A stretch of DNA of 64,000 bases from Acidobacteriota bacterium (GTDB lineage: Bacteria > Acidobacteriota > Aminicenantia > Aminicenantales > Saccharicenantaceae), in assembly GCA_029553365.1 (NCBI GenBank), contig JAKPCG010000106.1, positions 1,130 to 65,129 on the forward strand, written 5' to 3'. The position numbers and the translations under genes are program-made. Numbering within the stretch: the stretch's first letter is position 1; each line of letters begins with the position of its first letter. Below, one piece after another: positions 9,237-17,914 of the stretch. The notes beneath the pieces were generated by a model. It had not been told where the DNA came from and searched no databases. It saw only the letters and a program-made list of their open reading frames with translations.

Positions 9237-10925
9237 AGACCAGACTCTGGGTTGAGAGCTATAATTTACACAGGTTCTGAGGCTCGGCAGGAGTTGGGCT
9301 GTTTCATCGAGGGAAATAGTTCCTTTTTCCCGGCCCAAAATAATGTCCAGCCAGGATCTCTTTTTGGGCCAGATAACCATTTTCACCTTTTCTTCCGGTC
9401 TAATACCAGCCAGCTTTTTAGCCGCCTCGATAGCTTCAGTATAACCTCCCAGTCGGTCAATGAGATGAAGTTCCAGAGCCTGCTTTCCTGTCCAGACTCT
9501 CCCCTGGCCAATTCGGTCAACTTCTTCCACCGTCAGGTTTCTGGCCGCAGCCACTCTTGCCAGGAATTCCTGGTAGGTGGAATTTAGTTGATGCCTCAGC
9601 ATTTCTTTTTCCTGGGGAGAAAACTCTCTATAAACTGAAAAGGCATCAGCTTCACGTCCAATGATTATTTTTTCAGCCTTAATACCGAGCTTGGCCAGCA
9701 ATTGACCGAAGCTGAATTTGCCGGCAATAACGCCTATTGAGCCGGTGAGAGTTTGCGGTTGGGCGATGATTTCCTGACCCCCCAGAGCCAGCCAGTACCC
9801 GCCAGAACCAGCCAGTCCAGACATGGAAATAATTACCGGCTTTTGCTTCCTGGCTTCGATGAGTTCGTGGTAAATCACATCAGAGCCAACGGCCGATCCC
9901 CCTGGACTATCTACCCTGACAACAATCGCTCGAATAGAGTCATCTTTAACCGCTGCTCTCAGCCACCTGGCTACAGTCTCACTACCCAGGGCCAGTGTTT
10001 GTTCTTCTCCACTGATAATTGTTCCTGAGGCGAAAATCATTGCTATTTTTTTACCGCCATCAAGGCCGACAGAGGCCGGGGCGACAGTCGCATATTTCTC
10101 ATTCGAAATTTTCTGGAGCCGACTTACCCCTTTGAGATTCATATGATCCAGCCATTGATCTTCATAGGCCAGGGCATCAACCAGACCAGCCGTAACAGTT
10201 TCTTTGCCTTGAAAGTAGCCTTGATCGATAAGGCTCCTCATTTCTTCCGGTGATTTTTTTCTGGCGGTGGCCAGCTGGCGGTAATAATGGTCAAAAATAT
10301 CCTGATAGATGGATTCCATCATTTCTCTGTGGGCAGGGGTAAAACCATCTTCTGTAAATTGATTGTAGGCTGTTTTGTATTCAGCAATGTGCTCAAATTC
10401 AGCCTTAATGCCAAGATTGGTCAGAGCCGTCTTAAAAAATAGAACATAACTCGAAAGACCGTTTACTCCCAGCCAGCCAAGAGGGTGAATTAATATCCGG
10501 TCTGAGGCTGTAGCCAGATAATACTCTTTATCGGCTTCTGGTGATTCTTCAAAATAAGAAATGACCGGTTTACCTGATTTTCTGAATTCCAGCACCGCTT
10601 GCCTCAGTTCCTCTATTTTTGCCCAGTCAGCATCGAGGAGGCCGAATTTAAGGACAACTGCTTTTATCCTGGGGTCAACTGCCGCCTTTCTCAGATTCAT
10701 CCAGGTATCAAAGAGAGAAATGGCACGACCCTCCAGAACATTGCTTAATGAGGTAGAAGAAACATATTCCTCCAGCCGTCCATTGAGTTGTATTTCCAGA
10801 TAGGCGTTGGCGGCAATTTTTACTTCTCGAGGACCCAGGTTGGAAACGACATAAGAGACAATTAAAAGCCCGATGAGAATGGCAAAAAATAAAACGATGA
10901 CCACCCAGGCAGTTTTTTTATTCAT
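9210..10925 (-). CDS. sppA: Signal peptide peptidase SppA (protease IV, 67K type, tandem ClpP/crotonase-like domains)
   Basis: N-terminal transmembrane segment, two S49 domains, and the GLAGSGGYWLALG serine-site region. Confidence 0.8.
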   Translation of the reverse strand: MNKKTAWVVIVLFFAILIGLLIVSYVVSNLGPREVKIAANAYLEIQLNGRLEEYVSSTSLSNVLEGRAISLFDTWMNLRKAAVDPRIKAVVLKFGLLDADWAKIEELRQAVLEFRKSGKPVISYFEESPEADKEYYLATASDRILIHPLGWLGVNGLSSYVLFFKTALTNLGIKAEFEHIAEYKTAYNQFTEDGFTPAHREMMESIYQDIFDHYYRQLATARKKSPEEMRSLIDQGYFQGKETVTAGLVDALAYEDQWLDHMNLKGVSRLQKISNEKYATVAPASVGLDGGKKIAMIFASGTIISGEEQTLALGSETVARWLRAAVKDDSIRAIVVRVDSPGGSAVGSDVIYHELIEARKQKPVIISMSGLAGSGGYWLALGGQEIIAQPQTLTGSIGVIAGKFSFGQLLAKLGIKAEKIIIGREADAFSVYREFSPQEKEMLRHQLNSTYQEFLARVAAARNLTVEEVDRIGQGRVWTGKQALELHLIDRLGGYTEAIEAAKKLAGIRPEEKVKMVIWPKKRSWLDIILGREKGTISLDETAQLLPSLRTCVNYSSQPRVWSLMPGSWLP

Positions 10926-11064
10926 TTTTGCTCCTCTCCGTTATTTTTTTAATTTTACTTTAGCTGGCTCTAAAAATAAACAACTAGAACAGGCCGCTAT
11001 CTCTCTGCGGAATAACCCTAATTTTTAAAAAAGGTAGTTGTTAAGAAGTACGCGGGTCATCGGA

Positions 11065-11092
11065 TTGACAAAATTTCGACCTGCGATAAGAT
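11065..11092 (+). promoter_or_regulatory. Candidate sigma70 promoter (TTGACA, 16 nt, TAAGAT) upstream of the 603-aa hypothetical
   Basis: ggaTTGACAaaatttcgacctgcgaTAAGAT, 27 nt upstream of the ATG. Confidence 0.3.
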
Positions 11093-11119
11093 AAAAACCT
11101 GAAAAAGTACATCTCTTAA

Positions 11120-12931
11120 ATGATGAAGCTCACAAAATTTTTTTTAACTGGCTGCTGGCTACTGCTCCTGGGTGGGCTGCTTGTCAACCGCCTGGTTCTG
11201 GCCGGAGAAGAAAAAATAGAGACTTTCCTTTCGCCTTCGGCGCCAGGACCCGGACAGGAATTCAGGTTGATCCTGATCGCTGAAAATCAGCAAAAATTAA
11301 CGGGACGCGAACTGAGTGTTGTTTCTCTTGGTCCTGACCATCTCGAAAGCAGGCTAAATTTGCACAAGAAAAATGGCGGCCCGCCTTTCTGGCAATGGTG
11401 GTCAGGCCAGACCAGCCTCCCAGGAAAATATCGCCTGATCATAAGACGCGGCCGTCAGGTTATTAAGACTCTGGAATTTGAAGTTTCTGCTGCCCCTCGT
11501 CAGCCTGAAAACTCAGGTTATTACTGGCTGGCAGAAAATGTCTGGAACAGGGAAAAAGAGAATCTCTACTCAGCCTGGATTGAGGCCCTCTTTGGTGACA
11601 GGCAGGAAAAGGATTCATGGCCAAACCTGAGCCTGGCTCTTAATGATCCGGAGCGAAACTTTCTTTATAACCACCTTGGTCTTGAAGAGGACAAGAGCCA
11701 GTATCAGCTCCAGCCTGATTGCGCTGATAATCCATTTGTTCTCCGTGGTTATTTTGCCTGGAAGGTGAGATTACCCTTTGGGTTTCATGCCTGCTCGCGC
11801 GGCTCCCTCGCTGAGCTGCCCGGCTGTCAGAAATGGTTTCACAATGAAATGCCTGCTCCCAGGGGAAATGAAGCATATAAGTTTTACCGGCTCATGCGCC
11901 TGGTTATGGATACCGTTCATTCCGGAACAGCCCGAACGGCTTTAAAGGCCGAGAATTCCGATTATTACCCCTTACCGCTCACCCGACGCGACTTACGGCC
12001 GGGAACAGTTTTTGCTGATCCTTATGGTCACACTCTGGTCATTGTCCACTGGCGGCCTCAGGTTAAAGACAAGCCAGGTGAACTGCTGGCCGTGGATGCT
12101 CAGCCTGATAATACGGTTGGTATCAAGAGATTCTGGCCAGGTAATTTTCTTTTTGCCACGGAAGAGGTCATCGGGCAGCCAGGTTTTAAGGCTTTCAGAC
12201 CAATTATTAGAAAAAACAGTCAACTCCACTTAATGACCAACCTGGAAATAGAAGCCAGCCAGGATTATGGTAACCTTTCTTTTGAACAGCTGAATCTGAA
12301 GCCCGAAGATTTTTATGACCGGATGGATCAGTTGATAAATCCACAACCACTCGCCCCTGAAGTCGTTTTAAAAGAGCTGTTTCTGGCCTTACATGAGCAG
12401 TTGCTGGTCAGAGTTGGTTCAGTTGAAATGGCAGAAAAATTTAAGCGGGAGCATCCTGGCTATATTATTCCGATGCCCTCGGGGGCGGCCATCTTTCAGA
12501 CCAGTGGCCCGTGGGAAGATTTTTCGACACCTAACCGCGACCTGCGCCTTTTAATTGCTATTGATACTATCAAGTATTTTCCGGAGAAGGTAGTTAAATC
12601 CCCGGAGCGGTATAAAATCAGCCGCTCTGAATCGCCTGAAAAAATTAGAAACAGCCTGGCCAGGGCATCAACCACTCTGGCGAGAGAACTAAAAATAAGC
12701 TATCACCGCTCGGATGGCAGTCTCTGGACGTTAACTCTGGAGGAAATAATAGAAAGAGAGGAGGCCCTCGAAATGGGCTATAATCCCAATGATTGTGTCG
12801 AGTACCGCTGGGGTGCCTCTCCTGGCACAGAAGAATATTCTACCTGTCGCGGTCTGGCCCCGGCCTCTCAACGGCAGAAAATGGAAGCTGTTAGGATCTG
12901 GTTTAAAAAGCGTCTGCATCCGCCCACCTGA
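11120..12931 (+). CDS. Large exported hypothetical protein (signal peptide; possible Cys-His-Asp transglutaminase-like core, speculative)
   Basis: N-terminus MMKLTKFFLTGCWLLLLGGLLVNRLVLAG is a signal peptide. No family recognised. The ordered motifs QPDCADNPF ... DPYGHTLVIVHW ... AVDAQPD are compatible with a papain/transglutaminase-like triad. Confidence 0.6.
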   Translation: MMKLTKFFLTGCWLLLLGGLLVNRLVLAGEEKIETFLSPSAPGPGQEFRLILIAENQQKLTGRELSVVSLGPDHLESRLNLHKKNGGPPFWQWWSGQTSLPGKYRLIIRRGRQVIKTLEFEVSAAPRQPENSGYYWLAENVWNREKENLYSAWIEALFGDRQEKDSWPNLSLALNDPERNFLYNHLGLEEDKSQYQLQPDCADNPFVLRGYFAWKVRLPFGFHACSRGSLAELPGCQKWFHNEMPAPRGNEAYKFYRLMRLVMDTVHSGTARTALKAENSDYYPLPLTRRDLRPGTVFADPYGHTLVIVHWRPQVKDKPGELLAVDAQPDNTVGIKRFWPGNFLFATEEVIGQPGFKAFRPIIRKNSQLHLMTNLEIEASQDYGNLSFEQLNLKPEDFYDRMDQLINPQPLAPEVVLKELFLALHEQLLVRVGSVEMAEKFKREHPGYIIPMPSGAAIFQTSGPWEDFSTPNRDLRLLIAIDTIKYFPEKVVKSPERYKISRSESPEKIRNSLARASTTLARELKISYHRSDGSLWTLTLEEIIEREEALEMGYNPNDCVEYRWGASPGTEEYSTCRGLAPASQRQKMEAVRIWFKKRLHPPT

Positions 12932-13054
12932 TGGATTTAGAATTTGCTTGATTTTAGTTTTTTCTTATGTCATCATAAGCGATGCCCTTTCCGCTGAGTG
13001 GTCTCTGCTCGAAATGGAGAAAGCCGGCGGGGAGAGGTCGAGGAGGTTTTTTTT

Positions 13055-13354
13055 ATGTCTGCTAAACTTTATGTAGGTAACTTAAACTACAGGACTACCG
13101 AGGAAAAACTGAAGGAGTTATTTTCTCAGTTTGGAGAAGTTACCTCAGTTAACATCCTGCAGGGTCGCGGTTTTGGCTTCGTTGAAATGTCAGCTGAAGA
13201 CATGGCGGAAGAAGCTAAGAACAAGCTAAACGGAACTGAGTTTGATGGGCGAAAAATCATCGTCAATGATGCCAGACCTCAGGGGGAAAGAAGAAGCGGC
13301 GACCGTCACCAGGGGTCAGGACCCCGCGGCGGAAGAAGTTTCAACCGCTACTAA
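13055..13354 (+). CDS. RNA-binding protein with a single RRM domain and a Gly/Arg-rich tail
   Basis: MSAKLYVGNLNYRTTEEKLKELFSQFGEV...GRGFGFVEMS contains the RNP2 and RNP1 motifs. Start placed at the ATG with a GGAGG RBS rather than the longer upstream ORF start. Confidence 0.85.
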   Translation: MSAKLYVGNLNYRTTEEKLKELFSQFGEVTSVNILQGRGFGFVEMSAEDMAEEAKNKLNGTEFDGRKIIVNDARPQGERRSGDRHQGSGPRGGRSFNRY

Positions 13355-13379
13355 TATCCTCTGATCAATAGAAAAAGAA

Positions 13380-13400
13380 GAAAGGCCAGGATAGCCTTTC
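13380..13400 (+). terminator. Hairpin after the RRM gene (GAAAGGC-caggata-GCCTTTC); weak U tract
   Basis: 7-bp GC-rich stem 26 nt after the stop codon. The tail is not T-rich, so it may be a rho-dependent pause or a weak terminator. Confidence 0.35.
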
Positions 13401-13528
13401 TGTCCCTGCTGTCAGGCTTATCCCTGCGGCTCCGCGAAACCCCGTCTGCTCGACTCTCCAGGCCAGAGTAAACCTTTTTGTCTTTTCTTCCGTAATTTCT
13501 GGTGTAAACAGGAATTAAGGAGAAAAGG

Positions 13529-13855
13529 ATGATCGTCTGGCAGAGAGAGAAAACAGAAGTAGCAACTATTGTCTGCTTTGTCCACGTCCACGATCAGCCG
13601 CTGATGGACAGGCCAGCTGGTAATCGAGCTCATCAACAGGTCAGGAATAATATAGGCCCAATTAGTTTTGAATGGTGGCCAGCTATTTCTAATTCTGATT
13701 ATTTGCCGTCAGATCCGCCTTTTTTCTCTGCTAAGTCAGGAGAAAATACCCTGAACCGACCTTTAGCCGCCGAATTATCCCTCGGATTCTTAGGCTGTTT
13801 CAAAATTGCCGGAGAAAAAGATCCTTATTTTTTGACTGCAATAAATGTATATTAA
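13529..13855 (+). CDS. Hypothetical 108-aa protein upstream of the ECF sigma gene (uncertain)
   Basis: Good RBS (AAGGAGAaaagg ATG). No recognisable domain or hydrophobic segment. It fills an otherwise empty 536-bp gap. Confidence 0.3.
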   Translation: MIVWQREKTEVATIVCFVHVHDQPLMDRPAGNRAHQQVRNNIGPISFEWWPAISNSDYLPSDPPFFSAKSGENTLNRPLAAELSLGFLGCFKIAGEKDPYFLTAINVY

Positions 13856-13890
13856 CAACCAGGAAAACAGGCAAAGGATAAAACTTAAGA

Positions 13891-14469
13891 ATGGAACTGG
13901 AAAATGCCGATCATGGTCAATCAGATCCAGAGTTTCTGGTGGCTAAAATTAAAAACGGAGATAAAGAGGCCTTTATGAAACTCGTTGGGCTTTATCAGCA
14001 GAAGATATTCGTCCTGACCTATTCCATGGTCCACGAGAGAGAAGACGCTCTGGATCTGGTCCAGGAAACATTTCTCAGACTTTATGAAAAAATCAACACC
14101 TATCGTTCTGGAGAGAATTTTAATGCCTGGTTGATGAAGATAGCCAGAAACATCTGCCTCGATTTTATAAGAAGGCAAAAAGCCAGAAAAAAAGAAAGTC
14201 TGGATCAATTAAGCCCGGAACGGCTTGACTTAGCTGATACTGATCAGGATCCAGCCCACTTTAATCCCGGGGAACTGATCAGCCGGGCAGTTGTCGGTTT
14301 GCCTGCCAAGCAGCAGGCAGTGTTTATCCTTCATCATTATCAGGAACTCAAGTATGAGGAAATTGCTAAGGAGCTAAAGATTTCGATTGGTACTGTTAAA
14401 TCATTGCACTATAAAGCTGTGCGTAAGTTAAGAAAGCTGTTAGCCAGGCAACTGGGAGGCGAAGCATGA
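13891..14469 (+). CDS. RNA polymerase ECF-type sigma-70 factor (sigma-24 family)
   Basis: Region 2 (FLRLYEKINTYRSGENFNAWLMKIARNICLD) and region 4 helix-turn-helix (ELKYEEIAKELKISIGTVKSLHYKAVRKLRK). Confidence 0.9.
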   Translation: MELENADHGQSDPEFLVAKIKNGDKEAFMKLVGLYQQKIFVLTYSMVHEREDALDLVQETFLRLYEKINTYRSGENFNAWLMKIARNICLDFIRRQKARKKESLDQLSPERLDLADTDQDPAHFNPGELISRAVVGLPAKQQAVFILHHYQELKYEEIAKELKISIGTVKSLHYKAVRKLRKLLARQLGGEA

Positions 14470-15260
14470 AAAACTGCCGATATTACCGTCAGGACTGGCT
14501 GGCCTATTGGCTTGGCGAGCTCGACTCCAACCGGCAAAAAATGATGGCTGAGCATTTAGCCCGTTGCCAGCGCTGCCAGAATGAATTAAATGAGATAAAA
14601 GATGTCATCGGCCGCACAGAGGATTGGAAAAGCGAACTTGGTAAAACAATGGCTGACATTGATTGGGACAGGCTGCAGGTGGCTATTACCGACAATGTCT
14701 TCAGGCAAAAAGAGAGCCAATCAGCAGCCGGCACCGCAGCTACCTTGAAACATCGGCACTGGCAGCCAGCCCTGGCTGGCCTGGTGGCCGGCTTATTGCT
14801 GGGTATGTTTTTTAGTTATCTCCTTTTGCGGCCAGAAAGATGGCCCGAGTCGGCCAGCAGGGGGAATTCAAAGGTTAATTTACCAGCTGGCTTTGTCCAG
14901 AGAGTGGATCTGGCTCTGGCTCAGAGAGAAACACTGGATTACCTGGAGCGCAGCCAGTATCTACTTTTGGAACTTCTTCAGGCTAAAAGTCCCGACGAGG
15001 CTTCTGCTTTCCTGACTCAGGACAGAATACAAAAGCTATTAACAGAGAAAAAATATCTGAATAATCAGCTGGAAGAGGTGAAACTGGCCAAAGCCAAAAT
15101 GCTCTGTGACCAGATTGAAATGCTTTTTCTGGAGCTTATTCAGTTAAGCCCGGAAATGTCAGAAACTGAGCTCCGCAGTCTCAGGGAAATCATTGAGGGT
15201 CGCCAGCTTTTATTGAAAATTAATCTGGTCAAAAAGGAATTACAGACAAGTGAGGTCTAA
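14466..15260 (+). CDS. Anti-sigma factor (zf-HC2 HxxxCxxC motif, one transmembrane segment, periplasmic coiled-coil domain)
   Basis: HLARCQRCQ zinc motif near the N-terminus, a transmembrane segment (LAGLVAGLLLGMFFSYLLL), and an ATGA overlap with the sigma factor gene. Confidence 0.75.
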   Translation: MKNCRYYRQDWLAYWLGELDSNRQKMMAEHLARCQRCQNELNEIKDVIGRTEDWKSELGKTMADIDWDRLQVAITDNVFRQKESQSAAGTAATLKHRHWQPALAGLVAGLLLGMFFSYLLLRPERWPESASRGNSKVNLPAGFVQRVDLALAQRETLDYLERSQYLLLELLQAKSPDEASAFLTQDRIQKLLTEKKYLNNQLEEVKLAKAKMLCDQIEMLFLELIQLSPEMSETELRSLREIIEGRQLLLKINLVKKELQTSEV

Positions 15261-16125
15261 GGTGAAAAACCGGAATAAGACTTTGGTTTATCTGGCTGGC
15301 CTATTATTGCTGCTGGTGGTCGGTCTTTCTGCCCAGGTAGCAGGAGAAAAGATCAAGACAGATGAGCAGCTCCTACAGGAAGCTAAAGTACTCATTTTTG
15401 ACAAAAAATGGGAGCAGGCTGAACAAAAGTTGAACGAGCTCATGAGCCGTTATCCTCAAAGTCCTTTTTATGCTCAGGCCCTATTCTATAAAGGCAAATG
15501 TTTATCTGAGCAGAAAGGCAAGGAGCTTCAGGCCTGGCAGACTTTTGAAGAATTTTTAAAGAGACCAGATAAACCTGAAGGGCTGGTAGAGGAGGCCAGA
15601 ATCGCCAGCCTGGATCTGGCTTTTGCTCTTTATAAGAACGGGCAGACAGCATTTGGTCAGATACTGACAGACAGCTTGAATGATTCATCCCGGGTAATAC
15701 GTTATTATGCTGCTTTTAAATTGAGTTACCTTGACGACAAGAAAATCGCCAGGAAGGCTGTACCCGTCCTGAAAAAATTGATGGTGGAAGAAAAGGACCA
15801 GGAACTAATTGATCGGGCCAAAATTGCCTTGCTTAGAATTTCACCTGAGTCTTTTCAGGAAATAAAAGATGAGCCTGCTTCTGGCGAATATCGCCAGATT
15901 AAAATCAGAATCTATGAAAAAGGTAAAAAAGCTCCCGCTGTTTCAGTTAATTTGCCTCTGGCTCTGGCTGATCTGGCTCTTCAGGCTATGCCCGAAGAAG
16001 ACAAAAAACGGATCAAACAGCAGGGCTACGATCTCGACAGGCTTTTGAGCGACCTGGCCAGATCGCGGGAAAAACTGGTCAGAATCGAGGCAGACGGTGA
16101 TTTAATTGAAATCTGGATTGAATAA
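15250..16125 (+). CDS. Exported TPR/HEAT-like repeat protein with a C-terminal module shared with the next gene
   Basis: Signal/anchor sequence (LVYLAGLLLLLVVGLSA), TPR-like N-terminus (QSPFYAQALFYKGKCL), and a C-terminus ...VSVNLPLALADLALQAM...LVRIEADGDLIEIWIE. Overlaps the anti-sigma gene by 11 nt. Confidence 0.6.
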   Translation: MRSKVKNRNKTLVYLAGLLLLLVVGLSAQVAGEKIKTDEQLLQEAKVLIFDKKWEQAEQKLNELMSRYPQSPFYAQALFYKGKCLSEQKGKELQAWQTFEEFLKRPDKPEGLVEEARIASLDLAFALYKNGQTAFGQILTDSLNDSSRVIRYYAAFKLSYLDDKKIARKAVPVLKKLMVEEKDQELIDRAKIALLRISPESFQEIKDEPASGEYRQIKIRIYEKGKKAPAVSVNLPLALADLALQAMPEEDKKRIKQQGYDLDRLLSDLARSREKLVRIEADGDLIEIWIE

Positions 16126-16153
16126 TTTCATAAAAAGTGTGAGGAGGATAAAA

Positions 16154-16540
16154 ATGAAAAAGAAAGTCTTGATAGCCGGGCTGCTGGTGGTCTTCCTTTA
16201 TCTGACAGTCGGGCCGTCTCTGGCCCTGGATAAAGACGATTATCAGGTCATAAAGAAGGCCGTCCAGGAGAATCCTAAAAGCCAGCCAGTCGGTGAGGCC
16301 AAGTGGTTTAAGGTTTTAGTTATTGATAAAGCCAGCGGCCAGGAAAAGGTAAAGGTGACCCTGCCTATTTCACTCGTGGAAATGCTGGCGAGCTGGGCAG
16401 AAAACAAAGATTTTAAAATGAAAGGCAGGGATGATGCCATGAAGATCCAGGAACTGATGAACCAGCTCAAAAAGGCTGGTCCCATGTCCATCATTGAAGT
16501 TAATGATGAGGATGAGATGGTTAAGATCTGGCTCGAATAA
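16154..16540 (+). CDS. Small exported protein (128 aa) whose C-terminal module is paralogous to the upstream gene
   Basis: Start placed at MKKKVLIAGLLVVFLYLTVGPSLA with a GAGGAGG RBS. The C-terminus ...VKVTLPISLVEMLASWA...SIIEVNDEDEMVKIWLE aligns with the C-terminus of the 15250..16125 protein. Confidence 0.6.
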   Translation: MKKKVLIAGLLVVFLYLTVGPSLALDKDDYQVIKKAVQENPKSQPVGEAKWFKVLVIDKASGQEKVKVTLPISLVEMLASWAENKDFKMKGRDDAMKIQELMNQLKKAGPMSIIEVNDEDEMVKIWLE

Positions 16541-16576
16541 TCCAATTAGTTGCCAATTGTTAAGAGTTTAAACGGG

Positions 16577-16602
16577 AAGCCCGGCCTGGCCGGGCTTTTT
16601 TT
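16577..16602 (+). terminator. Rho-independent terminator (AAGCCCGGCC-tg-GCCGGGCTT + T7)
   Basis: Perfect GC-rich 9-10 bp stem followed by TTTTTTT, 36 nt after the stop of the ECF cassette. Confidence 0.75.
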
Positions 16603-16695
16603 ATGATTTTGATCAGCGCTTTAAATCAGCTTGGCTGGGGGAAAACGGTAAAATCGAAAGCCCTTTTGCCTGTCAGGTTTTTTGGTGTCAGGGCG

Positions 16696-16725
16696 TTGAC
16701 TTTATCCTCTATTTTTTAAGATAAT
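16696..16725 (+). promoter_or_regulatory. Candidate sigma70 promoter (TTGACT, 18 nt, GATAAT) for the dehydrogenase gene
   Basis: gcgTTGACTttatcctctattttttaaGATAAT, about 35 nt upstream of the AAGGAG RBS and ATG at 16762. Confidence 0.4.
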
Positions 16726-16761
16726 TAAAATCAAATTATCTTCATACAAGGAGTACTGGCA

Positions 16762-17877
16762 ATGGCTAAATATCGTCTGGCAATTTTACCTGGTGACGGG
16801 ATTGGCAAAGAGGTTATTGAAGCAGCCATGATCGTCCTGAAGCGACTTAATCTTGACGCCGAGTATATTTACGGCGATATCGGCTGGGAATTCTGGTGCC
16901 GAGAAGGAAACCCCTTGCCCGATCGCACAATTAAACTTTTAAAAGAAACTGACGCCTGCCTGTTTGGGGCTATTACTTCTAAACCCAAAGAAGATGCAGC
17001 CAGAGAACTGACCCCCGAGCTTCAGGGCAAGGGACTGTCCTATGTCAGTCCGATTGTCAAGCTCCGTCAGCTGTTCGACCTGTACATAAATCTCAGACCA
17101 TGCAAAGCCTATCCGGGCAATCCGCTTAATTATCGGGACAATATTGATCTGGTTATTTTCAGGGAAAATACTGAAGGCAGTTACGCAGGCGTCGAATTTT
17201 TCCCCCTGCCAGAGGAAGTTCGTCAGGCATTGATGCTCCATCCCAAAATGAGGGATTTTAAGGATGTTCCGGCCGATGAAATAGCGGTTTCTACCAGAAT
17301 TATGACTAAAAAAGGCTGTGAACGCATTGTCAGAGCAGCCTTCGAATATGCCCGGCAATATAAAAGGAAATCTGTCACCCTGGTCGAAAAGCCGAATGTT
17401 TTAAGAGAAACCGGTGGATTGATGTTGAGGGAAGCCAGAAGAGTAGCAGCTGAATATCCAGAGATTAGGTTTATTGAAGCCAATGTGGATGCCATGTGCA
17501 TGTGGTTAATCAAAAATCCTCAGGATTATGATGTGCTGGTGGCAGAGAACCTGTTTGGCGATATCATTTCTGACCTGGCTGCCCAGCTGGTCGGTGGTCT
17601 TGGCTTTGCCTGTGCTGGAAATATTGGAGATAACTATGCTGTTTTTGAACCAACCCATGGCTCAGCTCCCAAATATACCGGCCTTTACAAGGTCAATCCA
17701 ACCGCCACACTGCTGGCAGCAAAAATGATGCTCGACTGGCTGGGTGAAAAAGATCTGGCCGCTAGACTGGAGGGAGCGGTAGCTGAAGTCATCAAGGAAG
17801 GTAAAGTCAGAACCTATGATATGGGTGGCTCAGCTAAAACTCTGGATGTAGCTGAAGCCGTAGCCGCCAAACTTTAA
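16762..17877 (+). CDS. Isocitrate/3-isopropylmalate dehydrogenase-family beta-decarboxylating dehydrogenase
   Basis: MAKYRLAILPGDGIGKEV N-terminus; ENTEG motif (IFRENTEGSYAG); C-terminal GSAP and NPTA motifs. LeuB, Icd and homoisocitrate dehydrogenase cannot be told apart by eye. Confidence 0.8.
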   Translation: MAKYRLAILPGDGIGKEVIEAAMIVLKRLNLDAEYIYGDIGWEFWCREGNPLPDRTIKLLKETDACLFGAITSKPKEDAARELTPELQGKGLSYVSPIVKLRQLFDLYINLRPCKAYPGNPLNYRDNIDLVIFRENTEGSYAGVEFFPLPEEVRQALMLHPKMRDFKDVPADEIAVSTRIMTKKGCERIVRAAFEYARQYKRKSVTLVEKPNVLRETGGLMLREARRVAAEYPEIRFIEANVDAMCMWLIKNPQDYDVLVAENLFGDIISDLAAQLVGGLGFACAGNIGDNYAVFEPTHGSAPKYTGLYKVNPTATLLAAKMMLDWLGEKDLAARLEGAVAEVIKEGKVRTYDMGGSAKTLDVAEAVAAKL

Positions 17878-17914
17878 GACAGGAAGGCTGGCAGGGCTGA
17901 CCACTGGACAGAAG

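Noticed and set aside
12998-13054. Longer 118-aa version of the RRM gene starting at 12998
   Set aside because: The internal ATG at 13055 has a GGAGG RBS, and RRM proteins begin right at the RNP2 strand (MSAKLYVGNL).
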